From a virus (taxonomy: Duplodnaviria; Caudoviricetes), in IMG/VR virus record IMGVR_UViG_3300025570_000015, positions 1-61,867 of that record: a stretch of 61,867 nucleotides of DNA, one strand, 5' to 3'. Shown here in pieces: positions 26,999-35,055 of the stretch. The notes beneath the pieces are model-generated. The model was not told the DNA's origin. It made no database searches and was given only the letters and a program-made list of their open reading frames with translations. The position numbers and the translations under genes were made by a program. Position 1 is the first letter of the stretch. Each line of letters begins with the position of its first letter.

Positions 26999-27582
26999 GC
27001 TGGCACGAAAATGATTATCACGATAAATGGGATAACCCAAGATATGTAGCCGCAGTTGAGGCAAGCATAAAAGCCAATGCTAGAAAAAGCAGGGCTAAAA
27101 AGTTTTACGCTAATGATGAGCGAGCGCAGGAAATTACAGAATTTTTAGCTGGCTCTAGTTATGATAATGCAGATAGCTTTCTTGGCAAAATGGAAACAGC
27201 ATTAAATGACTATGGATCTTTAACTGAAAGCCAACGCAATGCGGTTGTAAAAATTATTGACAAACGTGCGGCTCTGGTTGCCGAGCGCCAAGCGGCTGAC
27301 GCTGACTGTAAGTGGGTGGGCGTTGTTGGTGAACGTCAGGCGTTCAGCCTAACAGTACAGCACGTTGTGGCTCTGGAAGGATATTACGGCACGACATACA
27401 TTAACATATGCCGCGATGAGAATAATGACATCGTTATCTATAAAGGATCTAATGGTTGGTCAAAAAAAGGCACTGATGTAACTTGCATGGCAAAAATTAA
27501 AGAGCATGGCGAGCGCGATGGTGTTAAGCAAACTATTATCCAGCGCCCTACAAAAGTAAAAATCAATGGTGAGGATTGGTAA
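26995..27582 (+). CDS. Early protein with C-terminal OB-fold-like domain
   Basis: VGVVGERQ...IKEHGERDGVKQTIIQRP pattern common in phage early genes. Confidence 0.6.
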   Translation: MSWHENDYHDKWDNPRYVAAVEASIKANARKSRAKKFYANDERAQEITEFLAGSSYDNADSFLGKMETALNDYGSLTESQRNAVVKIIDKRAALVAERQAADADCKWVGVVGERQAFSLTVQHVVALEGYYGTTYINICRDENNDIVIYKGSNGWSKKGTDVTCMAKIKEHGERDGVKQTIIQRPTKVKINGEDW

Positions 27583-27698
27583 TGAACATCACAATGATCA
27601 AAGACGGATTGGCTATGGCATTATTTGCTGTAGCCGCCGTACACTTGCCAGAGATTATAGTTTTTCTGGATCAATTTATTAATGTTTGGGGGAGATAA
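27582..27698 (+). CDS. 38-aa hydrophobic peptide (not in the ORF track)
   Basis: MNITMIKDGLAMALFAVAAVHLPEIIVFLDQFINVWGR; TAATG coupling at both ends. Confidence 0.55.
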   Translation: MNITMIKDGLAMALFAVAAVHLPEIIVFLDQFINVWGR

Positions 27699-28375
27699 TG
27701 GCTACACTAAAAAAATTAAAATCTGACTATGAGTTTTGGAGTGGCGCTTATGCTGATGTTGCTTGTAGTGCTGATTTAAAAGGTATTGATAGGCTTAATG
27801 ATCAAGCTGAAGCCTCACGTTCGCTTGCTGTAGATGCATTTAATGCTTACTTGGATGAACTAAAAAACCAAGAAAAAGTCAAAAAAACCAGAGAAGCATT
27901 AGATCAAGTCATGGATACAATTGCGCCAACAGAAACACCTTTTTTTGCAAAACCAAAACTACTGACAAGTAATGACCAAAAAATGACAATATCTTTAATT
28001 GAAAAAATGGATGAATTGAAGTTAAAGATATTCTTATTCCATAATCTTAAAAATATTGACCCACATTTATATAAATTATTGTTTACAGAAATAGATAAAA
28101 ATAAATTTCCAGTCAGAGTTAAAAATTGTTTTTTCCATACATTTAAATTTGAAGTCTTTCATTATGATTTAATATTAAGAAACGATAAGTTTTTTAAATA
28201 TATACCAAATTTTGGCAAAAAATCATTAAAACTCGTAAAAGAATATTTAGATGAATACGGCTTGAAGTTAAATACAGATTTAAAAGATATTAAATATGAA
28301 GCGTTAAAATCTTTAAACCTTATTAATTTAAAGCATGATTATTTGTTTGTTGAAAAAAGAGGTTTTGTTCAATGA
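27698..28375 (+). CDS. Early protein with RNA polymerase alpha-CTD-like domain
   Basis: FPVRVKNCF...DLI...IPNFGKKSLKLVKEYLDEYGLKL resembles RpoA CTD (LSVRSANCL...PNFGRKSL.EIK..L...GL.L). Confidence 0.7.
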   Translation: MATLKKLKSDYEFWSGAYADVACSADLKGIDRLNDQAEASRSLAVDAFNAYLDELKNQEKVKKTREALDQVMDTIAPTETPFFAKPKLLTSNDQKMTISLIEKMDELKLKIFLFHNLKNIDPHLYKLLFTEIDKNKFPVRVKNCFFHTFKFEVFHYDLILRNDKFFKYIPNFGKKSLKLVKEYLDEYGLKLNTDLKDIKYEALKSLNLINLKHDYLFVEKRGFVQ

Positions 28376-28602
28376 CATTCTACACAACACTCATTATCAC
28401 ATACGTCATTGGTGGCGTGGAGTTGAGTAATGACACATTGTATCGCAGCGCAATGGAGTGCGGCGATGCATTGCCGGCAGCGTATCAGCCATATGAACAT
28501 TTGGATAGCATGGCGCAATGCATTGAGACAAACTATGTCAGCTCTGCATCAATATCAATTGAGCCAACGCTCAGACCGAAAGGATTAAACAATGGCGGGT
28601 AA
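28372..28602 (+). CDS. Hypothetical protein
   Basis: 76 aa, translationally coupled in the early operon. Confidence 0.55.
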   Translation: MTFYTTLIITYVIGGVELSNDTLYRSAMECGDALPAAYQPYEHLDSMAQCIETNYVSSASISIEPTLRPKGLNNGG

Positions 28603-28816
28603 AGAAATATACATCCCATGCCCGGAATGCGCGGGCAATGGTACTACATTGTATGAAAAGGATTTCGATATTTTTCATCAAAGTTATATGTATGAAAAAA
28701 GTGAATGCAAAAATTGCGCTGGTACTGGCTTAATTACTCCAGAAGAAATCAGTAAACGCACAAAAATCCCAGCGCTTGATAAGGCTGGCAAATTTGAAGA
28801 TTGGAATAAAAAATGA
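28592..28816 (+). CDS. Small zinc-finger protein (DnaJ-type CxxCxGxG repeats)
   Basis: CPECAGNG and CKNCAGTG. Confidence 0.65.
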   Translation: MAGKEIYIPCPECAGNGTTLYEKDFDIFHQSYMYEKSECKNCAGTGLITPEEISKRTKIPALDKAGKFEDWNKK

Positions 28817-28831
28817 TTGAGGAGAATACAA

Positions 28832-29038
28832 ATGGCAATGGGTTCGAAAGAAGTACACCAATATGTGAGGCGTCTGCAAAAGATGAACCGCGAAATAATC
28901 AAAGACATGAAGACGCCAGACCCCACACGAAATCGTGGTTACTACCTTTGGTTCATGAAAGAGCAGCAGGCGATACTGGACAACCTAGAGCAACGCCTTA
29001 CGCTTATGCGACGTTCGAAAAAACCAGAGAAGCCATGA
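28832..29038 (+). CDS. Hypothetical helical protein
   Basis: GAGGAG RBS before ATG 28832; stop overlaps the next start (ATGA). Confidence 0.55.
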   Translation: MAMGSKEVHQYVRRLQKMNREIIKDMKTPDPTRNRGYYLWFMKEQQAILDNLEQRLTLMRRSKKPEKP

Positions 29039-29454
29039 AAGGCCAATCAAAGAGCGTTCGCTATGAGATGATGTATGGTCACTTGCTCTACACGTTTGAG
29101 AAAAAGCAAATTAAGCTTGGCCTCAGAAATAATTTAAACAGGAGTGACAGGCCACGTCAGGTCATCGCTAATAAATCATCGCATAAAAATTTTGTGACCG
29201 CCAATGATGTGAGAAACATCAAACCAATACCGCAAAAAAAATATGATCAGATATTGAAGTATGTCAATCGTGGCGGCGAATACACGACAACTATGGTTTC
29301 GAATGGCACTGGTCTATCTGTATCAGATTTGGCGTGGACGCTGAATGTCATGTATAAGGGCAAGCTTGTGGATCGTGTAAGTAAGAGAACCACGCCAATC
29401 ATCGGCAACCCCGGGCCTAAGTCGTGGCGGTACGTTTACTTTAAGAAGAAATAA
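29035..29454 (+). CDS. Winged-helix DNA-binding protein
   Basis: YDQILKYV...TTTMVSNGTGLSVSDLAWTLNVMYKGKLVDR; start re-placed at MKGQSK. Confidence 0.55.
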   Translation: MKGQSKSVRYEMMYGHLLYTFEKKQIKLGLRNNLNRSDRPRQVIANKSSHKNFVTANDVRNIKPIPQKKYDQILKYVNRGGEYTTTMVSNGTGLSVSDLAWTLNVMYKGKLVDRVSKRTTPIIGNPGPKSWRYVYFKKK

Positions 29455-29460
29455 TATATC

Positions 29461-29494
29461 GTGTGGGTAGCTTCATGCCCGACGCTACCCACAC
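29461..29494. terminator. Hairpin between convergent operons
   Basis: gtgtgggtagc/gctacccacac 11-bp stem. Confidence 0.6.
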
Positions 29495-29535
29495 ATCTAA
29501 TTATGTCCTGCACATAATATATTCAAGCAGTTTAT

Positions 29536-29928
29536 TTAAACTTCAAAGCTGTTTATGACTTGCTTTAATAATTCGTTTTCATTGCCAAATGCTTCTGGGT
29601 GTAAACGAGTTGACGTTCTCTTAATTATCTTATCATCGCCACGCACCCAGTAAACTTTGTTTATCTCGTAAGCCACCAGAGCATATATGTCTGATTTTTT
29701 CTTACCTTCGACAGAACTCGTATGCCATCTATATTGATTACGATTTCCTGATTTTGTATTTGCTGTTTTGATTTGCAGGGTCAGCAGCTTGCCGCTTGGC
29801 GTTTTAATATATGCATCATCTATATCATGTTGAACTAGAGTGCATGAAATGCCAACGAAAGCTAACTTAGATAGAGCCAGAAATTCACCAGCTCTACCAA
29901 TGTTATTATTATGATGTGAGCCATTCAT
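29536..29928 (-). CDS. PD-(D/E)XK endonuclease (possible free-standing homing endonuclease)
   Basis: GRAGEFLA...DDAYI...LQIKT...DIYALV motifs. Confidence 0.65.
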   Translation of the reverse strand: MNGSHHNNNIGRAGEFLALSKLAFVGISCTLVQHDIDDAYIKTPSGKLLTLQIKTANTKSGNRNQYRWHTSSVEGKKKSDIYALVAYEINKVYWVRGDDKIIKRTSTRLHPEAFGNENELLKQVINSFEV

Positions 29929-30523
29929 AGATTTTGTTTGTTTCGCCTGTCCGGTCAACAATGCCATGTGTCCCGCCATTGACGCGGCGAGTTATCTTTA
30001 AGATTGTCTCGTCATTCACACCATCATCAGCAATGTCAAACAACTTGTTTTTCTGGAAGAACCATAGCGCAGTATCAAATGCATAATCTGTGGATACCAA
30101 GTCTGGATCTGTCATTATATCTGGCAAGCCCATGTCAGAGCTAAATGCCCTGTAGTTGTTCTTCCCGGTCAATTGCAAAAATCCGCGACCAATATAGACA
30201 GAACCTTCATCAGCTCCATTACCCATGCGCCCACCATAGACCTTGTTTGCTAATGCAGATGGGTTGCGCGAATAACCTTCGCAAGACGCTAAATCAGGGA
30301 AGCGGCTAGGCCATACACGCATCATGCTTTCAGCACTATAATTTAGGTTTTCCCTTGTATGACGCCAGTGACCGCTCTCGTGGCTTGCCTGACCCATCAA
30401 ATGCGCAGCTCTTTCATTAGATAGCTCGTAATGCTCTACGATGGCTTTTGCCGTGTTCTTTCCAAAATGTCCATCAGCACCAACGCCAACTTTCTCTTGG
30501 AGCTTTTTCATTGCTTCACTCAT
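29909..30523 (-). CDS. Endolysin, glycoside hydrolase family 19 with N-terminal PG-binding motif
   Basis: LQEKVGVGADGHFGKNT, HESG, ENLNYS, GRGFLQLTGKNNY and RRVNGG motifs. Confidence 0.88.
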   Translation of the reverse strand: MSEAMKKLQEKVGVGADGHFGKNTAKAIVEHYELSNERAAHLMGQASHESGHWRHTRENLNYSAESMMRVWPSRFPDLASCEGYSRNPSALANKVYGGRMGNGADEGSVYIGRGFLQLTGKNNYRAFSSDMGLPDIMTDPDLVSTDYAFDTALWFFQKNKLFDIADDGVNDETILKITRRVNGGTHGIVDRTGETNKIYEWLTS

Positions 30524-30527
30524 AATA

Positions 30528-30680
30528 CTACTTCTTTTTCTTGGCAGTTTTAGCTGCTTGTTTAAATGCATTTGCAGTTGGCGCGCCTTTTGTACCGGGC
30601 TTGCGCATTTTCTCGCCGCTACCAGCTTTTATGCGCTTACGTTTCTTTGCAATATTTCCATATAATGAATTTTCTGGCAT
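30528..30680 (-). CDS. 50-aa highly basic protein (not in the ORF track)
   Basis: MPENSLYGNIAKKRKRIKAGSGEKMRKPGTKGAPTANAFKQAAKTAKKKK; AGGAG RBS. Confidence 0.65.
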   Translation of the reverse strand: MPENSLYGNIAKKRKRIKAGSGEKMRKPGTKGAPTANAFKQAAKTAKKKK

Positions 30681-30690
30681 TATCTATCTC

Positions 30691-31095
30691 CTATTTTTCA
30701 ATTTTCTTTAGCTTTTCTATTGATCTCATGCCGCCTAATCCGAGCATACCCATCATAACAGTCATCAAGCTACCCATATCAAACTCTGGTAGCTCTGGTA
30801 TATCAACGCCAGCAGCGCTTACACCAAACACGATCAATGGCTGCAATACAAAGTGATAAGCAAATGCCACACCACATACCCAACCGATAAATGGACGCCA
30901 TCCACCTTTGAATAACGAGCCAGACGCAGCTTCAGCTTTGTTTATTTCCAATTGACCCATTAATGCTTGCTGGGCGTGGTTATCAGACATCGTTGCTATT
31001 TCGTGAGCCAACTGTGCCTTCTGGTCTTTGTCTTCAATTACTTTGTCTAACAGGCCAGTTACCGGGCCAATTAAATTACCTACTAGATTCATCAT
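30691..31095 (-). CDS. Holin (3TM / GTA-type holin family)
   Basis: EINKAEA...GGWRPFIGWVCG and MLGLGGMRSIEK motifs. Confidence 0.8.
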   Translation of the reverse strand: MMNLVGNLIGPVTGLLDKVIEDKDQKAQLAHEIATMSDNHAQQALMGQLEINKAEAASGSLFKGGWRPFIGWVCGVAFAYHFVLQPLIVFGVSAAGVDIPELPEFDMGSLMTVMMGMLGLGGMRSIEKLKKIEK

Positions 31096-31408
31096 TTTGC
31101 TTACCTTTCGCTAATGCGTTTGCACCAAAGAATACTGACACTATGCCAGCAACAGACACAAAATATATACTCGCCATTGAACCTAATATTTTGGCGGCTT
31201 CTACTAACCCAAATACATCTGCTAGAATGACCGCAAAGGGGTATAGGAGCATCCCTGACAGGGCGTACCACGTCATTCTGCGTTGTGCATCACGCTGGGC
31301 GTCTTCGTCCTGCATTCGCAAGCGCCTGTCTTCCAGAGCCATGCGATCCCACTCAGATTGATCAATCGTGCCATTGCCATCTACATCAAATTTTTTAAAT
31401 TCATCCAT
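31076..31408 (-). CDS. Two-TM membrane protein with N-terminal EF-hand
   Basis: DVDGNGTIDQSE canonical EF-hand loop; two hydrophobic helices. Confidence 0.65.
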   Translation of the reverse strand: MDEFKKFDVDGNGTIDQSEWDRMALEDRRLRMQDEDAQRDAQRRMTWYALSGMLLYPFAVILADVFGLVEAAKILGSMASIYFVSVAGIVSVFFGANALAKGKQNDESSR

Positions 31409-31416
31409 ATTTTCAC

Positions 31417-31905
31417 CTAATCTGCTAACGGGTTATCAAGCGCTCTCTGCAACTTACCCATCAATTTATCTTCCAGCTCTTTCATTTCGCCACTTTGGGA
31501 AACCCTAACACGTTCACGCTGATTTTCAAAGCGTACCTCGGCAGCGTCTATCATGTCCCTGACTTTGTCTTCAGATTTGCGCACCATGTCCTCAATTCTG
31601 TCGGCCTGACGCTCAATACTCAAAATATCATCACGCAATCCAGTTTTGATCTCTCGCGTGTAATCCATAGTTTGCTGTATATTAGCATCCATTAAATCCA
31701 TCTGAGTTTGATATTCGTTTAAGTCTAGCCCAGCGACCTCTTCTATCTTTTGGTACATAACAAAGCCGCCATACAGGCCACCAACAATAGTAGACACAAA
31801 CGCAAATATAGCCATGATAGAACCAGCCGTAAGCTTCATGCCACCAGCTTTAATTTGGCGGTCTGCCAAGCCATCAATCCCATCTGCTATCTTTGTTGTA
31901 TCCAT
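31417..31905 (-). CDS. Membrane-anchored coiled-coil protein (exported module)
   Basis: One TM segment (IMAIFAFVSTIVGGLYGGFVMY) then a long heptad-rich region. Confidence 0.65.
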   Translation of the reverse strand: MDTTKIADGIDGLADRQIKAGGMKLTAGSIMAIFAFVSTIVGGLYGGFVMYQKIEEVAGLDLNEYQTQMDLMDANIQQTMDYTREIKTGLRDDILSIERQADRIEDMVRKSEDKVRDMIDAAEVRFENQRERVRVSQSGEMKELEDKLMGKLQRALDNPLAD

Positions 31906-32303
31906 TATTCTACAAAGTCCATTTCATTGCCCTTTGCTTGCAGGCTTTTAAGTTGCTCTAGCTCATCACGTAGCATTTGTATCTCAAGCCTACGCTGTGC
32001 CAGCTCTACTTGGTATAGGTCATCGCAGTTAATACGAGACTTGGGCTTGTCTAATGGTATGACTATGCGGGCATATACGCCAATATCTTTTGCCCTGTCG
32101 ATTGTGTCAAAATTAGATAAGACGCCAGTTACGCCATACTCAAGGTTTACTCCGCCACCGACTGCGTTACTGCAATCAAGATTGCCTGCGCGAAACCTGT
32201 CACTCTGGTAGTTCATTGGTGGATTTGGCAGTGATAAACTAAGGTTGCTACTCTCAGCTAATGCAGCGCCGCCGATTATGGATAAAACAAACGCTAATTT
32301 CAT
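31905..32303 (-). CDS. Secreted protein with Cys-flanked beta-hairpin and coiled coil (exported module)
   Basis: Signal peptide (ALA-ES); GVNLEYGVTG and DIGVYARIVIPL strands between two Cys. Confidence 0.6.
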   Translation of the reverse strand: MKLAFVLSIIGGAALAESSNLSLSLPNPPMNYQSDRFRAGNLDCSNAVGGGVNLEYGVTGVLSNFDTIDRAKDIGVYARIVIPLDKPKSRINCDDLYQVELAQRRLEIQMLRDELEQLKSLQAKGNEMDFVE

Positions 32304-32686
32304 TTAGTTTCCTCCATAACTTTAGAGCATATCCTAGATGATATTAGTGGGCTTGAGCTGCGTGGCTTAACCACCTTTGATATTGTGCATAAGTATAATG
32401 GATTATCTAAGTCTGATTTTCGGATATACACCTCAAAATCTTTACGCTCTTTGTAATCAACTTTCATAATTCTATATGTAGTTGAAAATGGCATACTGTT
32501 AAAGTCCAAGTCAAACAGCTCTACCTGATAATATTTAACGTCTTCTCGCTGATTAAACAAAGACATTTGTACCTTCATTACGCCAGATACGTGTGATGGT
32601 TTTAGCTTTGGATAGGCTGGCGTCATCTCATGTGCATGAACTATAGACGCCAAGCCTATGAATAATATGGATAATTTATTTAGCAA
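32300..32686 (-). CDS. Secreted Ig-fold protein, pilus chaperone-like
   Basis: Signal peptide (VHA-HE); MTP...SLFN pattern resembles the N-terminal domain of PapD-type chaperones. Confidence 0.5.
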   Translation of the reverse strand: MLNKLSILFIGLASIVHAHEMTPAYPKLKPSHVSGVMKVQMSLFNQREDVKYYQVELFDLDFNSMPFSTTYRIMKVDYKERKDFEVYIRKSDLDNPLYLCTISKVVKPRSSSPLISSRICSKVMEETK

Positions 32687-33167
32687 TGCATTCTGCTTGC
32701 ACTACAGCCGTATATGTACCGCCAGTAAATGGCTTGGAAGCTGCGTAGGCTGCAGTGCTTGACGTGCTAAACCACGTCGATCCCGCAACGCTTAAATCAA
32801 ACACTGTAGTATTGTCATACACAACTTTTGCACTGTCATACCCAGACATGCCTGCGTCTGATGTTTTTGACACGCTTGTTGAGCCTGTCCAAGCTACGCT
32901 ATCTGTTAAGGCGGGTGATGAACTAAACGAGCTAGGGTGCGTGATGTTTGCCGTATAGTAATCAGCTATTGCTACATCAAATCTAACTACAGGTAAAACG
33001 CCGCCATCACTTGGAGATGTACTTAGTGTACTTGCAGTTGGGTTGCCATAAACCCCAGATTTGTCCGTTTGTATAACGCACTTTGCTTCCACGTTACCTA
33101 CTATGTCCACACTTCCGGCAAGAGCTGGTGAAGCTAGTGCGATAAGTGGTATTGCTAAATATTTCAT
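32676..33167 (-). CDS. Secreted fimbrial/pilin-like subunit
   Basis: Signal peptide (ALA-GS); VDIVGNVEAKCVI N-terminal strand; C-terminal GGTYTAVVQAEC; size and pattern of chaperone-usher pilins. Confidence 0.6.
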   Translation of the reverse strand: MKYLAIPLIALASPALAGSVDIVGNVEAKCVIQTDKSGVYGNPTASTLSTSPSDGGVLPVVRFDVAIADYYTANITHPSSFSSSPALTDSVAWTGSTSVSKTSDAGMSGYDSAKVVYDNTTVFDLSVAGSTWFSTSSTAAYAASKPFTGGTYTAVVQAECIAK

Positions 33168-33174
33168 ATTAACC

Positions 33175-34047
33175 TCACTTGTTGTATTGCATGTCTACCA
33201 TTTGCTCATGCAGGATTTGTTGCGCTAAATTATTTCGTAAGCCTTTTTTGTTATCCGATATATTGCCACCATCTAATGATGCTACGTCATCATATATACC
33301 ACCATTTATTGCAGAATTATAGTACATAGCTATATTCGTTTGCTGGTTCATCTGATTTATAATATTTGATTGCCCTTGCGTTTTAAATAACGTCAATGCA
33401 TTCTCGGATGCTATCAAGCCAAGCTCAATGCGCGTTTCCTTCTCTTCATTATCATCCTCAGATATAATATTACCATCCTCATCGTATTCGTAGTCTTGCT
33501 CAGTGTCTATTGCGTCTAGCACGGCGTCATCTTCCAGAGCTGCGTATACTTCAATTTCTGGTAAATCTGGTACAGGCTTGATGTACCCGGGGCATGATGG
33601 GTTTAACTGCGGGTCAAAACATTCATCTATTCTAAAATTATATATTACCACGGCGTCTTCTACAGTGCCTTCACCCTCAACAGTGATTGAACCATCACCC
33701 CAGTTTTCGATAGGTATATTTGGTATGGGAAAAGTTTTAACGATTGTATTGCTAGGCATTCCAGACCAATCATCAACTTCTTTAAACGTGTAGCCATCGC
33801 CGGCAGAATTAAGATTACCAACGCTAACTTTCATGTCTGCGTCAGTCTCTTTTACAGTTCTATATTTATATGTGAGGCCATTTATATCTAACCCCGGCAC
33901 ATCTGGGAACATGGGCGTCATACTCCAGTTTAATGAGTAGTAAGCCGCATTGCCAGAGAAGCCGTATAAGTATGGCTCAGAGTGCGAGTAAGAGGGATAG
34001 AGTGCTAATAATAACGCCCAACCCAATCTTTGTTTCACTGTTATCAT
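33175..34047 (-). CDS. Secreted acidic protein (exported module)
   Basis: Signal-peptide-like N-terminus; beta domain, CFDPQLNPSCPGY, Asp/Glu-rich linker. Confidence 0.6.
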   Translation of the reverse strand: MITVKQRLGWALLLALYPSYSHSEPYLYGFSGNAAYYSLNWSMTPMFPDVPGLDINGLTYKYRTVKETDADMKVSVGNLNSAGDGYTFKEVDDWSGMPSNTIVKTFPIPNIPIENWGDGSITVEGEGTVEDAVVIYNFRIDECFDPQLNPSCPGYIKPVPDLPEIEVYAALEDDAVLDAIDTEQDYEYDEDGNIISEDDNEEKETRIELGLIASENALTLFKTQGQSNIINQMNQQTNIAMYYNSAINGGIYDDVASLDGGNISDNKKGLRNNLAQQILHEQMVDMQYNK

Positions 34048-34525
34048 TAAACATCCTTTTAACTACGTTTTGCTGATCTCTTTCAATTTCTTCTTTCACA
34101 GCTTCCATTTCCCACGCTAATCTAGCTTTATCTCCAACTAAACCATCTTTGGGGCAAGGCGTGCCAGCATTTAACATAGCGTCGAATACACGTTCATCTT
34201 GGCACATTACAGATACAGCAGCTACCTTCATTCCCATATCATACATGGTTTTAGCATTTTTGAGCTTTTCGCAATTCATATCACGCACTGTTCTGCCGGC
34301 AGATATACCAAGTATTTGCGTTTGCACTGCTCCAGCTACACCTACAGTACATAGGTCAGAGTTGCTTGTGTTTATGTTAGGAGATATTGCAGAAGGTGGC
34401 GGGCTAACTATTGTAGTTTCCATCGAGCCATTTGAAGTTACAGTGCTTTCTGATCGTATTACGTCATCATCTTCTGCGTATGCAGCGCCACCAATGAGTA
34501 ATACGATTAAAGCTATGCGTATCAT
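33977..34525 (-). CDS. Secreted Cys-rich protein (exported module)
   Basis: Signal peptide (AYA-ED); C-TVGVAGAVQTQILGISAGRT-C hairpin; four Cys; hydrophobic C-terminus. Confidence 0.65.
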   Translation of the reverse strand: MIRIALIVLLIGGAAYAEDDDVIRSESTVTSNGSMETTIVSPPPSAISPNINTSNSDLCTVGVAGAVQTQILGISAGRTVRDMNCEKLKNAKTMYDMGMKVAAVSVMCQDERVFDAMLNAGTPCPKDGLVGDKARLAWEMEAVKEEIERDQQNVVKRMFNDNSETKIGLGVIISTLSLLLAL

Positions 34526-34746
34526 TTTCGCTCCACTAACCTGTCTAGCTTTTCCTCAATGCGATCAAACTTACCCATTATTTGGCTAAGCACTTGCGAG
34601 CTATCTGCCTTAGTTACATACTCTTCCCTAGTACGATTTAATAAGATTTGCAATCTTTGCACTTCAAGCACGTAACCACGTAGGACAAAGCCTATAAAAC
34701 CAACGCCTAGCGTTAGTACGCTGCTCCATAGGTCTGTCATTTCCAT
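34522..34746 (-). CDS. Small TM + coiled-coil protein (holin/antiholin-like)
   Basis: N-terminal TM; REEYVTK...FDRIEEKLDRL. Confidence 0.55.
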   Translation of the reverse strand: MEMTDLWSSVLTLGVGFIGFVLRGYVLEVQRLQILLNRTREEYVTKADSSQVLSQIMGKFDRIEEKLDRLVERK

Positions 34747-35048
34747 TAGTAGCTACCTTCCCAGACACGCAGTCCGCTAAATTCGTTACTCATTAGCTTC
34801 CTCTTTAACACATCTTTGACTGCTTGTGTATCCGTCCATTCAACACCAGCTTCTTTTAACCATATACCAAGCATAGCCATATCAACATTGCCTACATGCT
34901 TATAGTCTGATCCAAATGAGTTATCAGTGACTTCACGCGCATAAGACGCATCTCTTAACGCTTGCCCGCCATCATGTGTTTTCTTAATAAGTATCTGATC
35001 GCCTTCAAAGTACATTTTTTCTGATATTTTGTTTGATAAATTTGCCAT
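34746..35048 (-). CDS. Conserved virion-associated hypothetical protein
   Basis: 100 aa downstream of the capsid gene. Confidence 0.55.
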   Translation of the reverse strand: MANLSNKISEKMYFEGDQILIKKTHDGGQALRDASYAREVTDNSFGSDYKHVGNVDMAMLGIWLKEAGVEWTDTQAVKDVLKRKLMSNEFSGLRVWEGSY

Positions 35049-35055
35049 CTATCAT

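Noticed and set aside
28813-29454. 213-aa ORF as a single gene
   Set aside because: The RBS and ATGA coupling support two genes (28832-29038 and 29035-29454) instead.
30691-31095. Gene transfer agent, because the holin is of the GTA-associated family
   Set aside because: The element has its own replication genes, origin and podoviral structural set, and this holin family is common in phages.
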